The notes under the pieces are model-generated. The model ran no database searches. It was not told the DNA's origin and was given only the letters and a program-made list of their open reading frames with translations. Source: Bradymonadia bacterium (GTDB lineage Bacteria > Myxococcota_A > Bradymonadia > UBA7976 > UBA1532). From it: a stretch of 64,000 nt of DNA. Both the position numbers and the translations under genes were made by a program. The stretch spans positions 32,001-96,000 of the forward strand of contig JBKAGE010000082.1 of NCBI GenBank assembly GCA_046290225.1. The letters run 5' to 3'. This document shows positions 16,831 through 28,004 of the stretch, one piece after another (position 1 is the stretch's first letter; each line of letters starts with the position of its first letter).

Positions 16831-19800
16831 TCACTCAGGAGCCGCCTCTTTAACGGGCTCTTCGACAACAGGCTGCTCAGTCGCCGACTCTGCAGCTGAG
16901 CTGTCCTCAGCCGCCTTCTCAGCGCCCTTGTCGGCAGAAGGAGCCTCCTCAGCAGGCTTCTCCTCCACAGCTTCCGCTTCAGCAGGCTGCGGCGTTGCGG
17001 CGCTTTCTGGGCTTTGCTCCGCAGGCTTTTCCTCTACCGGCTTCTCCCCGGCAGGCTTCTGCTCAGCGTCCTCTTTCTCAGCATCCGTTTTCGGTGCCTC
17101 GCGCTTGGGCTCAACCTGCTTCGGCACCTGCTTCTCTACAGGCTTGCTCTCCACCGGCTTGTCTTCAGCGGGCTGCTTCGCATCGGGCGCCACCACCGTC
17201 TGACAGCCGGGGGGCAGATCGCGCTCGAGGATCACGAACTGCACGCGGCGGTTTCGGGCGCGGCCCTCACGGGTGTCGTTCGTGTCGATGGGGCGGCTCT
17301 CGCCGAAGCCCTGAGCCACCAGTCGATCGGGGCTGATGCCCCCTTGCTCCGTCAGGTAGCGCAGGACCGACTCCGCTCGACGCTGGGAGAGCTTCTGGTT
17401 CGCCGTATCGCTGCCTCGGGCGTCCGTGTGGCCTTCCACACGGATGCGCCGGATGCTCGGGATCTGCTTGAGCACTGCCGCCACCTCATCGAGCAGCGGG
17501 AACGACACCCGCTTGATCTTGGCAGAGTTGGTGGCGAAGTAGACCCGCTCCTCGATCCGCAGCTCGGTGCAGGTCACCCGGACCAGCTTGCTGTCAGGGC
17601 AGCCGTCGTCGTCGTCCACGCCGTTCTGGGTCTCGGGCTCCAAGGGGCACTGGTCCGAGACATCCGGGATCCCGTCACTGTCGTTGTCGGGATCCGGGCA
17701 ACCGTTCTCGTCCTGGAACCCGTCGTTGTCCTCGGGGTCCAGCGGGCATTGATCCGTCGTGTCGGGGATCGTGTCCTCGTCGTTGTCAGGGTCCGGGCAG
17801 CCGTTTTCGTCCTGGAACTCGTCTTTGTCCTCCGGGTCGAGCGGGCACTGATCAGCCGTGTCGGGCACGCCGTCTTCGTCGTTGTCGGGATCCGGGCAGC
17901 CTTCTTCGTCTTGGAACCCGTCCTTGTCCTCGGGGTCGAGCGGGCACGCGTCGTCGGGATCGTAGATGCCGTCACCATCGGTGTCCTTGGGCAGCACCAC
18001 CGTGATCCGCTTGAGCGGCGAGGTGCCCAGGGCCAGGCCCAGGAATGCCCGCCAGTCGGGGTTGCCCACCCCCTGTAGCAGCCCCATGCTGGCGCCGGCG
18101 TCGAGGCGCACGCCCTTGGCGATGTGGAAGCGCGCCGTACCCAACGCCTCGGCGGGGATCTCGTCGGACTCGATCTCTTCCGCGAGCACCGTCACGGCGC
18201 CGAAGAGCTCGGGCACCAGCTCCACTGACTCGGACACGGGCACGATGACACCGAGAGACCAGAACACCTCGTCGTCCACTTGATGCCCGGCGAGCTCGGT
18301 GCCCTCACGGATGCGGTAGCCGAGGTTCGCCGACCAGACGGTGGCGTCCTCGGTTTGATGGCTCAGGGCAAAGCGGCCTTCGTAGCGCGTGGGCTCGCCC
18401 TGATAGTCATCGCGAGATCCTGTGGGCAGCGCCACCTCACCGATGAAAGCCAAGATGTTGCCCGGCGTCTGGATGCCAGGGGCGTCACCGGTGAGGCGGA
18501 GGCGGAAACCCACCCGGATGTCCCCGATGCCGAAGCCAGCATCAGTGGCTTGAACACCGGGGGCGAGGGCGGCCTCGTCGCCGTCTTGCAGGAGCACCAC
18601 CGGAGCGGCCAGAGAGAGATCGAAGTTGTCGAAGAGGCCGAGGCTGAAGGCGGCGTCGGCGACGAGCTGCTGGCTCACGATGGAGCGCAGACGATCACCG
18701 TCGGCGTTCTCGAGCACCAGCAGATCATCAGAGAAGTGGAGCAGCAGGCCCCCGCTCACGCCGAAAGAGCCCCGCGTGCGGCCCGTGGCCGTAGCGGTCA
18801 TATCTCCCCAGCGATCGAGAGCGGGCTTGAGGCCCTGCGCATCGAAACGATCTGCGGCAGCATCCACAGCCAGCAGGCTCGTCAGCGACACCGCTACGAC
18901 CGCAGCGCGCCGGTGGGTTAGAAGCCACCTCCTACGGCGCATCATCAGCCCGCCGAGGATCACCAGCCACAACAGCACGCCCGACGTGGGCCCGCCGGTC
19001 TGCTCACAGCCGAGCAGCTGACCACCTGCCAGTTGAGGATCATCGTCGGCCGGATCAAGGGGATCAGCACCACGAACGACCTCAGTGCCGTCCAGGACCC
19101 CGCCACCATCCGTGTCGGAGATGCGGGGATCTGTCTCACCGGGATCCCTGACCCCATCTGCGTCGGCGTCCTCGTCGCCATCGAGCAGACCGTCGTTGTC
19201 GCTGTCGGGGTTGAGCGGATCGAGGCCCGCGATGCCCGCTTCGAGGCCGTCGGGCAGGCCGTCGTCGTCAGAGTCGTCGTCGAGAGGGTTCGTGCCCAGA
19301 CGAACCTCTTCGTCGTAGGTGAGCCCATCCCCGTCGCTGTCGCTGTCATCGAGGGTGTCGTCTGCCGGATCAGTGGGATCAGAGCCGCGCTCCACCTCGT
19401 CGCCGTCGTTGACGCCGCCATCATCTGTGTCGGGGTCGAGGGGATCCGTCGCAGGATCACCCATGACCTCTTCACCATCGGTGAGGCCATCGTCGTCAGA
19501 GTCCGGATCATTCGGATCGGTGCCCCGCATGATCTCGTCGGCATCCACCAGGCCATCGCCGTCGGAGTCCACAGGCGGGTTGTCATCAGTGGGGTTGAGC
19601 GGATCCCGACCGTCGGCGACCTCTTCACCATCGCTTACCCCGCCATTGTCGGTGTCCGGATCGTTCGGATCAGTCTCCGAGGGATCCCGAACGCCATCCG
19701 CGTTGGCGTCCTCTTCACCATCTTCGAGCGCGTCGTCGTCGGTATCAGCGTCGAGCGGATCAGTGGGGTTGTCGCCGAGCACCTCAATGCCATCCTCAAG

Positions 19801-22800
19801 GCCATCGTCGTCCGTGTCGGGGTTCGTCGGATCTGTCTCGCCTTCACCGACGGCGCCGTCACTGTCGGCGTCTTCACCGGCCTCGCATACGCCCTCTACC
19901 TCGATGGCGCCGTCACACAGCCCATCACCATCGGTGTCGGGATCCGTGGGATCAGTCCCTGCGGTGTTCACCTCAAGGCCGTCGTTCAGACCGTCATCGT
20001 CCGAGTCGGGATCGTTGGGATCGCTGCCGAGCATCATCTCGCGCTCGTCGGGCAGGCCGTCGCCATCCGTGTCCACGAGATCGTCGTCGGGATCGAGGGG
20101 GTTTGTGCCATCGACCACCTGCTCCTGGCCGTCGGTTACCCCGCCGTCGTCTGTGTCGGGATCATTCGGATCAGTCTCTCCCGGATCGACCTGACCGTTG
20201 GCGTCGGTATCTTCCTGGCCATCGAGCAAGCCGTCGTCATCGGAGTCGGGATCATTCGGATCCGTGGCGTTGTCACCGCGAACCTCGATGCCATCGTTCA
20301 AGCCGTCATCGTCGGAGTCAGGATCGTTCGGATCTGTGCCCAGACCGATCTCGTCTGGATCCACCAAACCGTCGCCGTCGGAGTCGCGGCGGTCGTCGGC
20401 GCCATCGAGGGGGTTTGTGCCATCGACCAACAACTCCTGGCCGTCGTCGACGCCACCATCATCCGTGTCGGGATCACCCGGATCGGTCTCGCCCTCGTCC
20501 ACCACACCGTCAGCGTCGGCGTCTTCCCCTTCGACACAGACATCACCCACAGCCACCGGGCCGTCGCAGAGACCATCGCCGTCGGAGTCGGGGTTGATGG
20601 GTGAGGTGTTACTCGTGGGCCGGGACTCAAGGCCGTCGTCGATGCCGTCAGCGTCGGTGTCGGGGTTGCGGGGATCCGTCTCCCCCTCGTCCACTACACC
20701 GTTGTTGTTGAGATCTTCACCGGAGATGCACTCGCCCTGCACCGCCGCGGCGCCGTCACAGAGGAAGTCGTCGTCGGTGTCGGGGTCAAGGGCCGCCGAG
20801 GCGTCGTCGCCCACCACCTCGAGGTTGTCGGGCAAGCCGTCTCGATCGGTGTCGGGGTTGTTTGGATCAGTCCCCAAAGCGCGCTCGATCGGATCGAAGA
20901 TGCCGTCGCCGTCGCTGTCGATGCGATCGTCTGCAGGGTCGAGGGGGTTCGTGCCGTCGGCATTGCGCTCCTGGCCATCGTTCACCCCACCGCCGTCGGT
21001 GTCGAAGCGTCGGGGGTTCGTCTCGCCCGGATCGACCTGGGTGTTGCGGTTGGCATCTTCCACGCCGTCGCCGAGGCCGTCGCCGTCCGTATCGGGGAGC
21101 AGTGGATCTGTGCCCGTGTCACCGAGCACTTCCTGGCCGTCGGTGAGGTTGTCGTCGTCGGTGTCGGGGTTGTTCGGATCGGTCTCGTCATCGTCCACCA
21201 CACCGTCAGCGTCGAGATCTTCACCAGGCACACACACACCCGGCGCGGTGCCAGGGCCGTCGCACAGACCGTCATCGTCAGTGTCGGGATCATTCGGGGT
21301 GGCGTCGATGCCCGTGGGCAGCCCGTCGCCATCGACATCATCTGGTGAGGCGATGGTCACCACCGTGGCATCTGCCGGGGCGGCGGTGTCGGGATCGTCG
21401 GAGCGCACCTCGAGGGGCAGCCCGTCGTCGGTCTCGCCCTGTGCCGTGGCCTGGTTGCTGATCTCGAAGCCATCAGGCAGGAAAGGCAACGTGTCCACCT
21501 CGAAGGTGACGATGACCTCTCCACCTGGAGGAAGCGCCTCTACGGTGGCCTCAAGCACGCCGCCCTCGTAGGTCACCACACCAGCGGTGGTGTTCAACGT
21601 GCCGTCCACGAGGGTGAGCAGCTGGGCATCGAAGGCGTCGGTGATCACCACCTGCTCTGCAGGGCCCGCCCCGATGTTGCGCACGGTGAGGGTGTACCGC
21701 AGGCGATCGCCAGGGTTCGGCTCGCCGAGGTTCAGATCCGTGACCTGCTTGCTGAACGTCAGGAAAGGGGTGTCGATGCCCAGGGAGACCGCCAGGACGT
21801 CGTCCTCGTCTTCTCCGTCATCGCCGTTGCCGTTGTTGTCGACGTAGTCCCCAAAGGGCTCGACCTCGAGGGTATTGGGGCTGAGCAGCTGCCCACCAGC
21901 GCCGGGGAGCGTGCGGTAGTCGCTCATCTGCACCCTGAGTACGTCGGAGACATCTGCGGGGTTGATCTGCACCACGCCCCTGAACACCCAGCGGGTGACG
22001 GACATCGGCGCGGCACAGGGTGAGATGGTGAGCGTCATCGAGCGGCCGACAACGGCAAAGTCCTCACCAACGTCGTCGATGCCCCCGTCGCCGTCGTTGT
22101 CGAGGCCGTCAGCGGCAGGGTCGATGAGCTCGAGGGCCGTGGGCAGCTCCACCTGCAGCTCGCCCTCGCAGTACAGGCCGTCGCCCTGGTTCTCGACGGT
22201 GATCTCGAAGGTGACCACGTCGCCGAGAGTGGGGCGCTCGGGCATCGAGCTGATGCCCATGACCGGCCGGGGCACCAGCGGATCGTCCTCGTCTTCGTAG
22301 ATCGCCGAGGGGCGCCCGTCGATGCTGGTCTCGCTGCGGGTGGTGTATCGATCAGCCTCGCCGAGGAACCTGACCGCCCGCTGGATGCCCTGCACCCTGA
22401 GCGTGAAGACATCGTTGCTGGGATCGTTGTCACCGGGGTTGTTGACGTCACCGACTGTGATCAGAGCCCCGCCGGGGGTGCCTGGGGGGAAGAAGGACAA
22501 CGGGATGTCGAAGCTGCCCGCGAAGCCATCACCGAGGCGCTCCACGGCGAGCAGCTCCATGCCCCGGCCGGGGATCTCGTTCACCCGGGTGATGAAGCTG
22601 CGCCCCTCGGGCACCCGCACGTCGATGTCCCAGGTGATTGTCTGGCCGATGCTGTGACCCGGCTCCAGGCCCGTGATGGGGCTGCTGGAGACAAAGCGTC
22701 GGTCGACGACGACGGGTCCTGGCGTGTTGACGGAGACCGAGCCACTGACACCATCTACAGGGCCACCTGTCCAACGCGCCGTGGCCACTGCAGGGATGGA

Positions 22801-23175
22801 TCCCAACGCGTCGACGGTGTTGGCGAGGGTGACCTGCCGGGTGATGGTGCAGTTGGCCCCAGGCGCCAACGCCGCCGGCAGCTCACCAGCCCCGTTGGCA
22901 GAGCAGGTACCGCCGACACCGGGCGCAAAAGCCAGCCGCCCGTCATCGGCGGGGAACGTCACCACCACCGTGTCGGCGTCGGCGTCACCGACGTTGGACA
23001 GCGTCCAGGTCAGGGTCAAGGTGTCGGCGGCGTCTCCGATCACCGTGTCGTCGCTCACCGTCAACTGCTGGGCCAGAGCCTGCAGCGGGCAGAGCGCGGC
23101 GAAGCAGAGCGCCAGAAAGCCCAGCCTGCCAGAGTGAATGGTTCGGGCCCACGCGCTGTGAGTGTTCATCGGCAT
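16831..23175 (-). CDS. Very large surface protein: DUF11-like/Ig domains, long TSP3-like DxDxDG Ca-binding repeats, internal MYXO-CTERM-like tag, OM beta-barrel, TSP3 repeats and OmpA C-terminal domain (TraB-like C-terminal half)
   Basis: Signal peptide ...[18 protein letters not shown]; many DTDGDGLxDGxE repeats; [24 protein letters not shown]; DxCPLDPEDxDGFQDExGCP; VEGHTD..LSQRRA..NRRVQF. Confidence 0.9.
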   Translation of the reverse strand: MPMNTHSAWARTIHSGRLGFLALCFAALCPLQALAQQLTVSDDTVIGDAADTLTLTWTLSNVGDADADTVVVTFPADDGRLAFAPGVGGTCSANGAGELPAALAPGANCTITRQVTLANTVDALGSIPAVATARWTGGPVDGVSGSVSVNTPGPVVVDRRFVSSSPITGLEPGHSIGQTITWDIDVRVPEGRSFITRVNEIPGRGMELLAVERLGDGFAGSFDIPLSFFPPGTPGGALITVGDVNNPGDNDPSNDVFTLRVQGIQRAVRFLGEADRYTTRSETSIDGRPSAIYEDEDDPLVPRPVMGISSMPERPTLGDVVTFEITVENQGDGLYCEGELQVELPTALELIDPAADGLDNDGDGGIDDVGEDFAVVGRSMTLTISPCAAPMSVTRWVFRGVVQINPADVSDVLRVQMSDYRTLPGAGGQLLSPNTLEVEPFGDYVDNNGNGDDGEDEDDVLAVSLGIDTPFLTFSKQVTDLNLGEPNPGDRLRYTLTVRNIGAGPAEQVVITDAFDAQLLTLVDGTLNTTAGVVTYEGGVLEATVEALPPGGEVIVTFEVDTLPFLPDGFEISNQATAQGETDDGLPLEVRSDDPDTAAPADATVVTIASPDDVDGDGLPTGIDATPNDPDTDDDGLCDGPGTAPGVCVPGEDLDADGVVDDDETDPNNPDTDDDNLTDGQEVLGDTGTDPLLPDTDGDGLGDGVEDANRNTQVDPGETNPRRFDTDGGGVNDGQERNADGTNPLDPADDRIDSDGDGIFDPIERALGTDPNNPDTDRDGLPDNLEVVGDDASAALDPDTDDDFLCDGAAAVQGECISGEDLNNNGVVDEGETDPRNPDTDADGIDDGLESRPTSNTSPINPDSDGDGLCDGPVAVGDVCVEGEDADADGVVDEGETDPGDPDTDDGGVDDGQELLVDGTNPLDGADDRRDSDGDGLVDPDEIGLGTDPNDPDSDDDGLNDGIEVRGDNATDPNDPDSDDDGLLDGQEDTDANGQVDPGETDPNDPDTDDGGVTDGQEQVVDGTNPLDPDDDLVDTDGDGLPDEREMMLGSDPNDPDSDDDGLNDGLEVNTAGTDPTDPDTDGDGLCDGAIEVEGVCEAGEDADSDGAVGEGETDPTNPDTDDDGLEDGIEVLGDNPTDPLDADTDDDALEDGEEDANADGVRDPSETDPNDPDTDNGGVSDGEEVADGRDPLNPTDDNPPVDSDGDGLVDADEIMRGTDPNDPDSDDDGLTDGEEVMGDPATDPLDPDTDDGGVNDGDEVERGSDPTDPADDTLDDSDSDGDGLTYDEEVRLGTNPLDDDSDDDGLPDGLEAGIAGLDPLNPDSDNDGLLDGDEDADADGVRDPGETDPRISDTDGGGVLDGTEVVRGADPLDPADDDPQLAGGQLLGCEQTGGPTSGVLLWLVILGGLMMRRRRWLLTHRRAAVVAVSLTSLLAVDAAADRFDAQGLKPALDRWGDMTATATGRTRGSFGVSGGLLLHFSDDLLVLENADGDRLRSIVSQQLVADAAFSLGLFDNFDLSLAAPVVLLQDGDEAALAPGVQATDAGFGIGDIRVGFRLRLTGDAPGIQTPGNILAFIGEVALPTGSRDDYQGEPTRYEGRFALSHQTEDATVWSANLGYRIREGTELAGHQVDDEVFWSLGVIVPVSESVELVPELFGAVTVLAEEIESDEIPAEALGTARFHIAKGVRLDAGASMGLLQGVGNPDWRAFLGLALGTSPLKRITVVLPKDTDGDGIYDPDDACPLDPEDKDGFQDEEGCPDPDNDEDGVPDTADQCPLDPEDKDEFQDENGCPDPDNDEDTIPDTTDQCPLDPEDNDGFQDENGCPDPDNDSDGIPDVSDQCPLEPETQNGVDDDDGCPDSKLVRVTCTELRIEERVYFATNSAKIKRVSFPLLDEVAAVLKQIPSIRRIRVEGHTDARGSDTANQKLSQRRAESVLRYLTEQGGISPDRLVAQGFGESRPIDTNDTREGRARNRRVQFVILERDLPPGCQTVVAPDAKQPAEDKPVESKPVEKQVPKQVEPKREAPKTDAEKEDAEQKPAGEKPVEEKPAEQSPESAATPQPAEAEAVEEKPAEEAPSADKGAEKAAEDSSAAESATEQPVVEEPVKEAAPE

Positions 23176-23330
23176 CTCGTATCGGTGCGAGTTGAAGGGT
23201 GCGTGCACCCCGTTCACCGATCTTCAATACCATCAGTGGCGCGCTCTTTATATGTTCACTGACAGGTAGGTGTTTGTATTCGGAACAGGATCAGCCCTCG
23301 ACGCAACCTGCGGAGGGCCGATCTTGAGGC

Positions 23331-24125
23331 TCACTTGCCGGGCTGGGAGCCTGCAGCAGGAGCCTTGGCGGGGGCGGGCTTTGCACCCATACCGGCGGGC
23401 TTGGTGCCCATGCCGGGCTTCGCCATGCCGGGCTTCGCGCCTATGCCAGCAGGCTGAACGCCGGGCTTGGCACCCATGCCAGCGGGCGTGGTGCCCATAC
23501 CAGGCTTTGCCATCCCAGGCTTGGCGCCCATGCCGGGCTGCGCCATTCCAGGCTTCGCCATACCAGGTTGAGCCATTCCAGGCTTGCCCATCTGGCCCGC
23601 ACCCATACCGGGCTTCGCCATACCAGGCTTCGCCATACCAGGCTTCGCCATACCAGGTTTTGCCATCCCAGGCTGACCCATACCGGGCTTGCCCATCCCA
23701 GGCTTGCCCATACCGGGCTTACCCATCTGGCCTGCGCCCATACCGGGCTTACCTACGGTGCCACCCTTCACGGGGGCGCCCTGGTGCAGCTTGCCCGTGC
23801 CGCCTGCGGCGGTGCCCGGGCGGTTGTTCAAGGTGGGATCGAGAGAGCCCACGTAGGTGTCGATGCGGCTGTTCAGACGCGCGAGTTCCACCTTCTTGTC
23901 GGCGGCGCCGGACATGATCTGCTGGTACTCAGCGTCGAAGCCCTGGAGCTTCGCCGCCACCGCGGGGCGCATGTGGGGGTGCTTGGCCAGCAGGGCCTCG
24001 ACCTTGTCCATGTTGCGCTTGTAGCGGTTCTGCTGCTTCTCGACGGTGGTGCCACAGGCCGTGAGCCAGAGCAGGATCATCAGAGGGGCCATCCATCGGG
24101 CCCCACGGTTCAGGATGCGGTTCAT
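23331..24125 (-). CDS. Lipoprotein with short helical domain and long (G/A)KPGM pentapeptide repeat tail
   Basis: Lipobox LTAC; GGAGGAG RBS; many tandem 15-bp repeats. Confidence 0.85.
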   Translation of the reverse strand: MNRILNRGARWMAPLMILLWLTACGTTVEKQQNRYKRNMDKVEALLAKHPHMRPAVAAKLQGFDAEYQQIMSGAADKKVELARLNSRIDTYVGSLDPTLNNRPGTAAGGTGKLHQGAPVKGGTVGKPGMGAGQMGKPGMGKPGMGKPGMGQPGMAKPGMAKPGMAKPGMAKPGMGAGQMGKPGMAQPGMAKPGMAQPGMGAKPGMAKPGMGTTPAGMGAKPGVQPAGIGAKPGMAKPGMGTKPAGMGAKPAPAKAPAAGSQPGK

Positions 24126-24192
24126 CTTCTCCTCCAATCAGACCGCGAAAGTCGAAGGTCGGGGTGCGTCGCGCCCAGCCGGGCGCTGCGTC

Positions 24193-24594
24193 TCAGCTCT
24201 GGTCGTAGTGGCCGTGGACCTGCTTCTCCAGGTCGTCGGCGAACTTGCCCACGTAGAAGATGGCCCGGGCCACCTCTTCGTGATCAGCCGTCTCAAGGAG
24301 CTGAGTCTCCATCAAGATCACGTGGGGATCGCTCAACGCGATGGCGCCGTAGGGCAGATCGGCGTTGAGCCGCAGCAGGTAGTAGGGGTCCTGTACATAC
24401 TGCGTCGTGGTGATCACGCTCCAGATGAAGGCCATGGGGCGGCCGTCGGGGTCCTGCCCGCCGGTGAGCTCCACGATCTGGGTGCGGCCGTACTCGGTGG
24501 GCAGCTCCAGGCGGTAGCCTCCATCGGGGCGATGGGCCATGGGCCAGCCGTTTTGCATGCTCAGCTGCTGAATCATCTGGTCGAAATGCATCAT
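24193..24594 (-). CDS. YbjN / type-III-chaperone-like fold protein
   Basis: Small acidic protein with GRTQIV, LLRLNADLPYGAIAL and ADDLEKQ. Confidence 0.6.
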   Translation of the reverse strand: MMHFDQMIQQLSMQNGWPMAHRPDGGYRLELPTEYGRTQIVELTGGQDPDGRPMAFIWSVITTTQYVQDPYYLLRLNADLPYGAIALSDPHVILMETQLLETADHEEVARAIFYVGKFADDLEKQVHGHYDQS

Positions 24595-24818
24595 GGGGAT
24601 CTTCTCCTCGGCGTCGCGCCCATTCCACGTTCACACAAGGGTTACAGTGTGATGTGCCGTTTCTTTCGAGCCGTCTTTCGAGTTTGTGCCCGCACACTCT
24701 GTACGGGCATCGCTCGACAGCCTTGATCCGTACGTGTCGGGGGGGGACCCTACCACGCCTTGACGCCCTTCGAAGGGGTCTTGCATACAACCGCTGAAGA
24801 TCTGCGAAGGCTCTGCCC

Positions 24819-26576
24819 GTGTTCGACGCACAAATCGCCGCACTCGCCCTGGCCGCAGATCAGCGCCGCGCCCTGCACGAGGCCCTCGCGCAACACAATG
24901 CTTCAGGTTGGATAGAGGCCCTCGCCGAGGGTCTCTGGACCGTGGACGGGCCTCTCCGCGGGGCGGTGCTCCTGGCCCTGGCCCCCTATGACCAGATCGC
25001 GCTGCTGCAGGCGTGGCTGAAACGCAGCGGCACCTTGTCGTTGAGCGCCATGGCCCTCGAGGCCCTGCCACCTGCCCTCTTCGATTTGTCGGTGAGCCCT
25101 AAGGTGAGCGCTCTCGATCTCAGCAAGAACCACCTCACCGAGCTGCCACCAGCCTTTGCTGACTTACAACAGCTCACCGAGCTCGATCTCAGCCACAACC
25201 CCCTCGGCACGCTTCCTCGGACGCTCGGTCAACTCACGGGGCTGCGCTCGCTCAAGCTCAACGGCACGGGCCTCAGTCATCTCGGTGATGCTCTTGGTCT
25301 CCTCAAATGGCTCAATCGTCTTGAGCTGGCCCACAACACACTCGAAGCCCTGCCTGATCTCTTCGACGGCCTCGAAGGGCTCACGCTGCTGCGCCTCGAT
25401 CACAACCCCCTCAGCGATCTGCCGCCCTCTCTCGGCGCCTGCAGTCAGCTACAGAAGATCGCCCTCGGTCATTGCGCCTTCACCGCAATCCCCCAAGCGC
25501 TGTTCCACTGCCCGCAGCTGACCCTGATCCATGGCCTGCCCGGATATCAAACCCCAGATCAGCAAGAGGCCCTCGCTCGAGCCATCAGGCTCGCCGGTGA
25601 GCGCGGCCTCGACATACAGGCCTTGTCCATGGCGCTGTTCGAGTCCCCCGAAAATCTCGATCCCCAGTGGTCTCCGGCGGTGCTGGCGGCGCACTTGGGG
25701 CAGCTGGCGCGAGGCACTCCCCAGCAGCCACCAGAGCAGTTGCTGCTCAGCGACGATCCCGGCGATGTGACGCTGGGCCTCGCCCGGGTGGGCACTGCCG
25801 ATCTGCCCGAAGCTTCGCCGAGCCTGCTCGCGGGGCTCTTCGTCGTGGCCAAGTACGCCGGAGATCCCGGGCTGCGCGATCAGGCCCGGGCGCTGCTCGA
25901 TCGACACCCCACCCCTTCGGTGAAGGCCGCCGTGGCCGATCGGAGCAAGATCCCCTCCAAGGCTCAGAAGGGTGAGAAGAAGACCGCCGCCCACCTCAAG
26001 ACCTTCGCCGACAAGTGCCCCGACATCGACTGGGCCGAGGTGGGCCTCTGGCTGTACCGCAAGATGGGCACCGGTCTGCGCTATGTGATGGATCATGCCC
26101 CAGCCCACAGCGCGGTGAAGGTGAAGGCGCTTCAGGCCCTCCTCAGCGAGGGGCGGCTGGATTACTACGCTGGCTACGCCACCTACATGCCCGATTACCG
26201 CAACAGCTTCAGCCGATACCCGTGCGGGCATTTCCCCGCAGAGGTGGTGCAGATGCCCGAGGTGACGGCCCTCGACCTGCGAGGCTGCCGGCTGTGCAGT
26301 CTGCCACCAGACATCGCCCAGATGACGCAGCTGGTGGAATTGAACCTCAGCGGCAATCAGCTCGACGATTTGCCCGACACCCTCGGCGCCCTGACCTCGC
26401 TCGAGCGTTTGCACCTCGACGACAACGCCTTCAATACGCTGCCCCTCGTGCTCTGGCAGCTGGGCAACCTCACGCACCTGACGATCACCGACAACCGCCA
26501 TGGCGCACAGTCGGCCCCCCTCTCCATCCCCGATGATCTGAGGGTGGCTCTGCCCCGCTGCATCATCGAGATCTAA
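24819..26576 (+). CDS. Leucine-rich repeat protein (two LRR blocks flanking a helical region)
   Basis: Repeated LxxLxLxxNxLxxLP. Confidence 0.88.
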   Translation: MFDAQIAALALAADQRRALHEALAQHNASGWIEALAEGLWTVDGPLRGAVLLALAPYDQIALLQAWLKRSGTLSLSAMALEALPPALFDLSVSPKVSALDLSKNHLTELPPAFADLQQLTELDLSHNPLGTLPRTLGQLTGLRSLKLNGTGLSHLGDALGLLKWLNRLELAHNTLEALPDLFDGLEGLTLLRLDHNPLSDLPPSLGACSQLQKIALGHCAFTAIPQALFHCPQLTLIHGLPGYQTPDQQEALARAIRLAGERGLDIQALSMALFESPENLDPQWSPAVLAAHLGQLARGTPQQPPEQLLLSDDPGDVTLGLARVGTADLPEASPSLLAGLFVVAKYAGDPGLRDQARALLDRHPTPSVKAAVADRSKIPSKAQKGEKKTAAHLKTFADKCPDIDWAEVGLWLYRKMGTGLRYVMDHAPAHSAVKVKALQALLSEGRLDYYAGYATYMPDYRNSFSRYPCGHFPAEVVQMPEVTALDLRGCRLCSLPPDIAQMTQLVELNLSGNQLDDLPDTLGALTSLERLHLDDNAFNTLPLVLWQLGNLTHLTITDNRHGAQSAPLSIPDDLRVALPRCIIEI

Positions 26577-26585
26577 AAGGTCACC

Positions 26586-27881
26586 ATGCGCATGCTCTCC
26601 CCCGCTCTGTTCCCCGCGCTGGCCTGCGCGATGGTCTGTGCAGGCTGTGGTGCCGCACCTGCGCCTGAGGCGCCCTCCAAGGTGGTGCGATTCGCCACCT
26701 TCAACGCAGCCCTCAACCGCAACAGCGCCGGTGAGCTGGGGCGAGATCTGGCCACGGGCGATCACCCCCAGGCACAGGCAGTGGCGGAGATCGTGCAGCG
26801 GGCCCGACCCGACGTATTGTTGTTGCAGGAGTTCGATCGAGATCCCGAGGCCCTCAGCCAGTTCATCGAGGACTATTTGAAGGTGTCTCAAGGCGGGGCT
26901 GAGGCCATCGACTACCCCCATGTGTATCAGCCCGAAGTGAACACCGGGGTGCCCAGCGGCTTTGATCTCGACGGCAACGGCAAAGCGGGTGATCCCGGAG
27001 ACAGCAAGGGCTTCGGCAAATTCCCCGGCCAGTACGGCTTCGCGATTTTGTCCCGATGGCCCATCGCCACCGACAGGATCCGCAGCTACCAGAACCTGCC
27101 CTGGTCCACGCTGCCCGACGCCCTCCGCCCGTCAAAAGCCGACGGTACAGGCAGCTGGTACACCGACGAGGCCTGGGCTGCCCTGCCCTTGTCGTCGAAG
27201 AACCACGTCGATGTGCCTGTGCGAACACCCCAAGGCGTGATCCACGTGATCGCCGCTCACCCCACACCGCCGGTCTTCGACGGTCCTGAGGACCGCAACG
27301 GCCGTCGAAACTTCGACGAGCTGCGCCTCGTGGCGGCCATGCTCGCCCCTGCAGCGCCTGCCTGGCTCGTGGACGATACAGGTGGACGACGGGGTCTCCC
27401 CTCGATGTCGGCCTTCGTCATCATGGGAGACATGAACGCTGATCCTCGAGACGGCGACTCGGTGAAAGGCGCCATCGCCCAGGTGCTCGAGCACCCTCGG
27501 GTGAACCCGGCTGCGGCCTCTGGCGTACATACACCCCAGAGCGCTGGCGGCACGGCCAACGCCGAAAAGCGCCCTGCAGATCGCCCGCCGCTGAAGGGGG
27601 ATCCGGCACACCACACCGCGGGTTGGGGATTGCGGGTGGACTACGCCCTGCCTTCGGCGAATCTGGAGGTGAAGGCCTCGGGCGTGTTCTGGCCCACAGC
27701 CGCCGAGCCCCATGGTGATTTGGTCCAGCCAAAAATGGTCGACGGTAAGCGCCGGGATCCGAGCTCAGATCACCGGCTGGTGTGGGTCGACGTGTCGTCT
27801 CCGGAGCTCCACCTCGATGTACGCGAGGATCTCAGGCGCGCACGGCCATTGGAATCCCGCCGGGATGACAGGCACCCGTAG
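26586..27881 (+). CDS. Endonuclease/exonuclease/phosphatase family lipoprotein
   Basis: ATFNAAL, PDVLLLQE, AHPTPPVFDG, MGDMNAD, RVDYALPS, SDHRLVWVD; lipobox CAGC. Confidence 0.9.
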   Translation: MRMLSPALFPALACAMVCAGCGAAPAPEAPSKVVRFATFNAALNRNSAGELGRDLATGDHPQAQAVAEIVQRARPDVLLLQEFDRDPEALSQFIEDYLKVSQGGAEAIDYPHVYQPEVNTGVPSGFDLDGNGKAGDPGDSKGFGKFPGQYGFAILSRWPIATDRIRSYQNLPWSTLPDALRPSKADGTGSWYTDEAWAALPLSSKNHVDVPVRTPQGVIHVIAAHPTPPVFDGPEDRNGRRNFDELRLVAAMLAPAAPAWLVDDTGGRRGLPSMSAFVIMGDMNADPRDGDSVKGAIAQVLEHPRVNPAAASGVHTPQSAGGTANAEKRPADRPPLKGDPAHHTAGWGLRVDYALPSANLEVKASGVFWPTAAEPHGDLVQPKMVDGKRRDPSSDHRLVWVDVSSPELHLDVREDLRRARPLESRRDDRHP

Positions 27882-28004
27882 CGGCAACATCCTCAACGAA
27901 TCATTACAATGACTTAAGCGCGTTTAAGAGTCGCTTATGTGGTCGTAATAAGAGGCTCGAGCCTACCTTGGGTGCACCGACGCACCACGAGACGGGAGCA
28001 CACG

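Noticed and set aside
19030..21340. Extensive nucleotide repetitiveness
   Set aside because: Explained by coding TSP3-like DxDxDG repeats, not a non-coding array.
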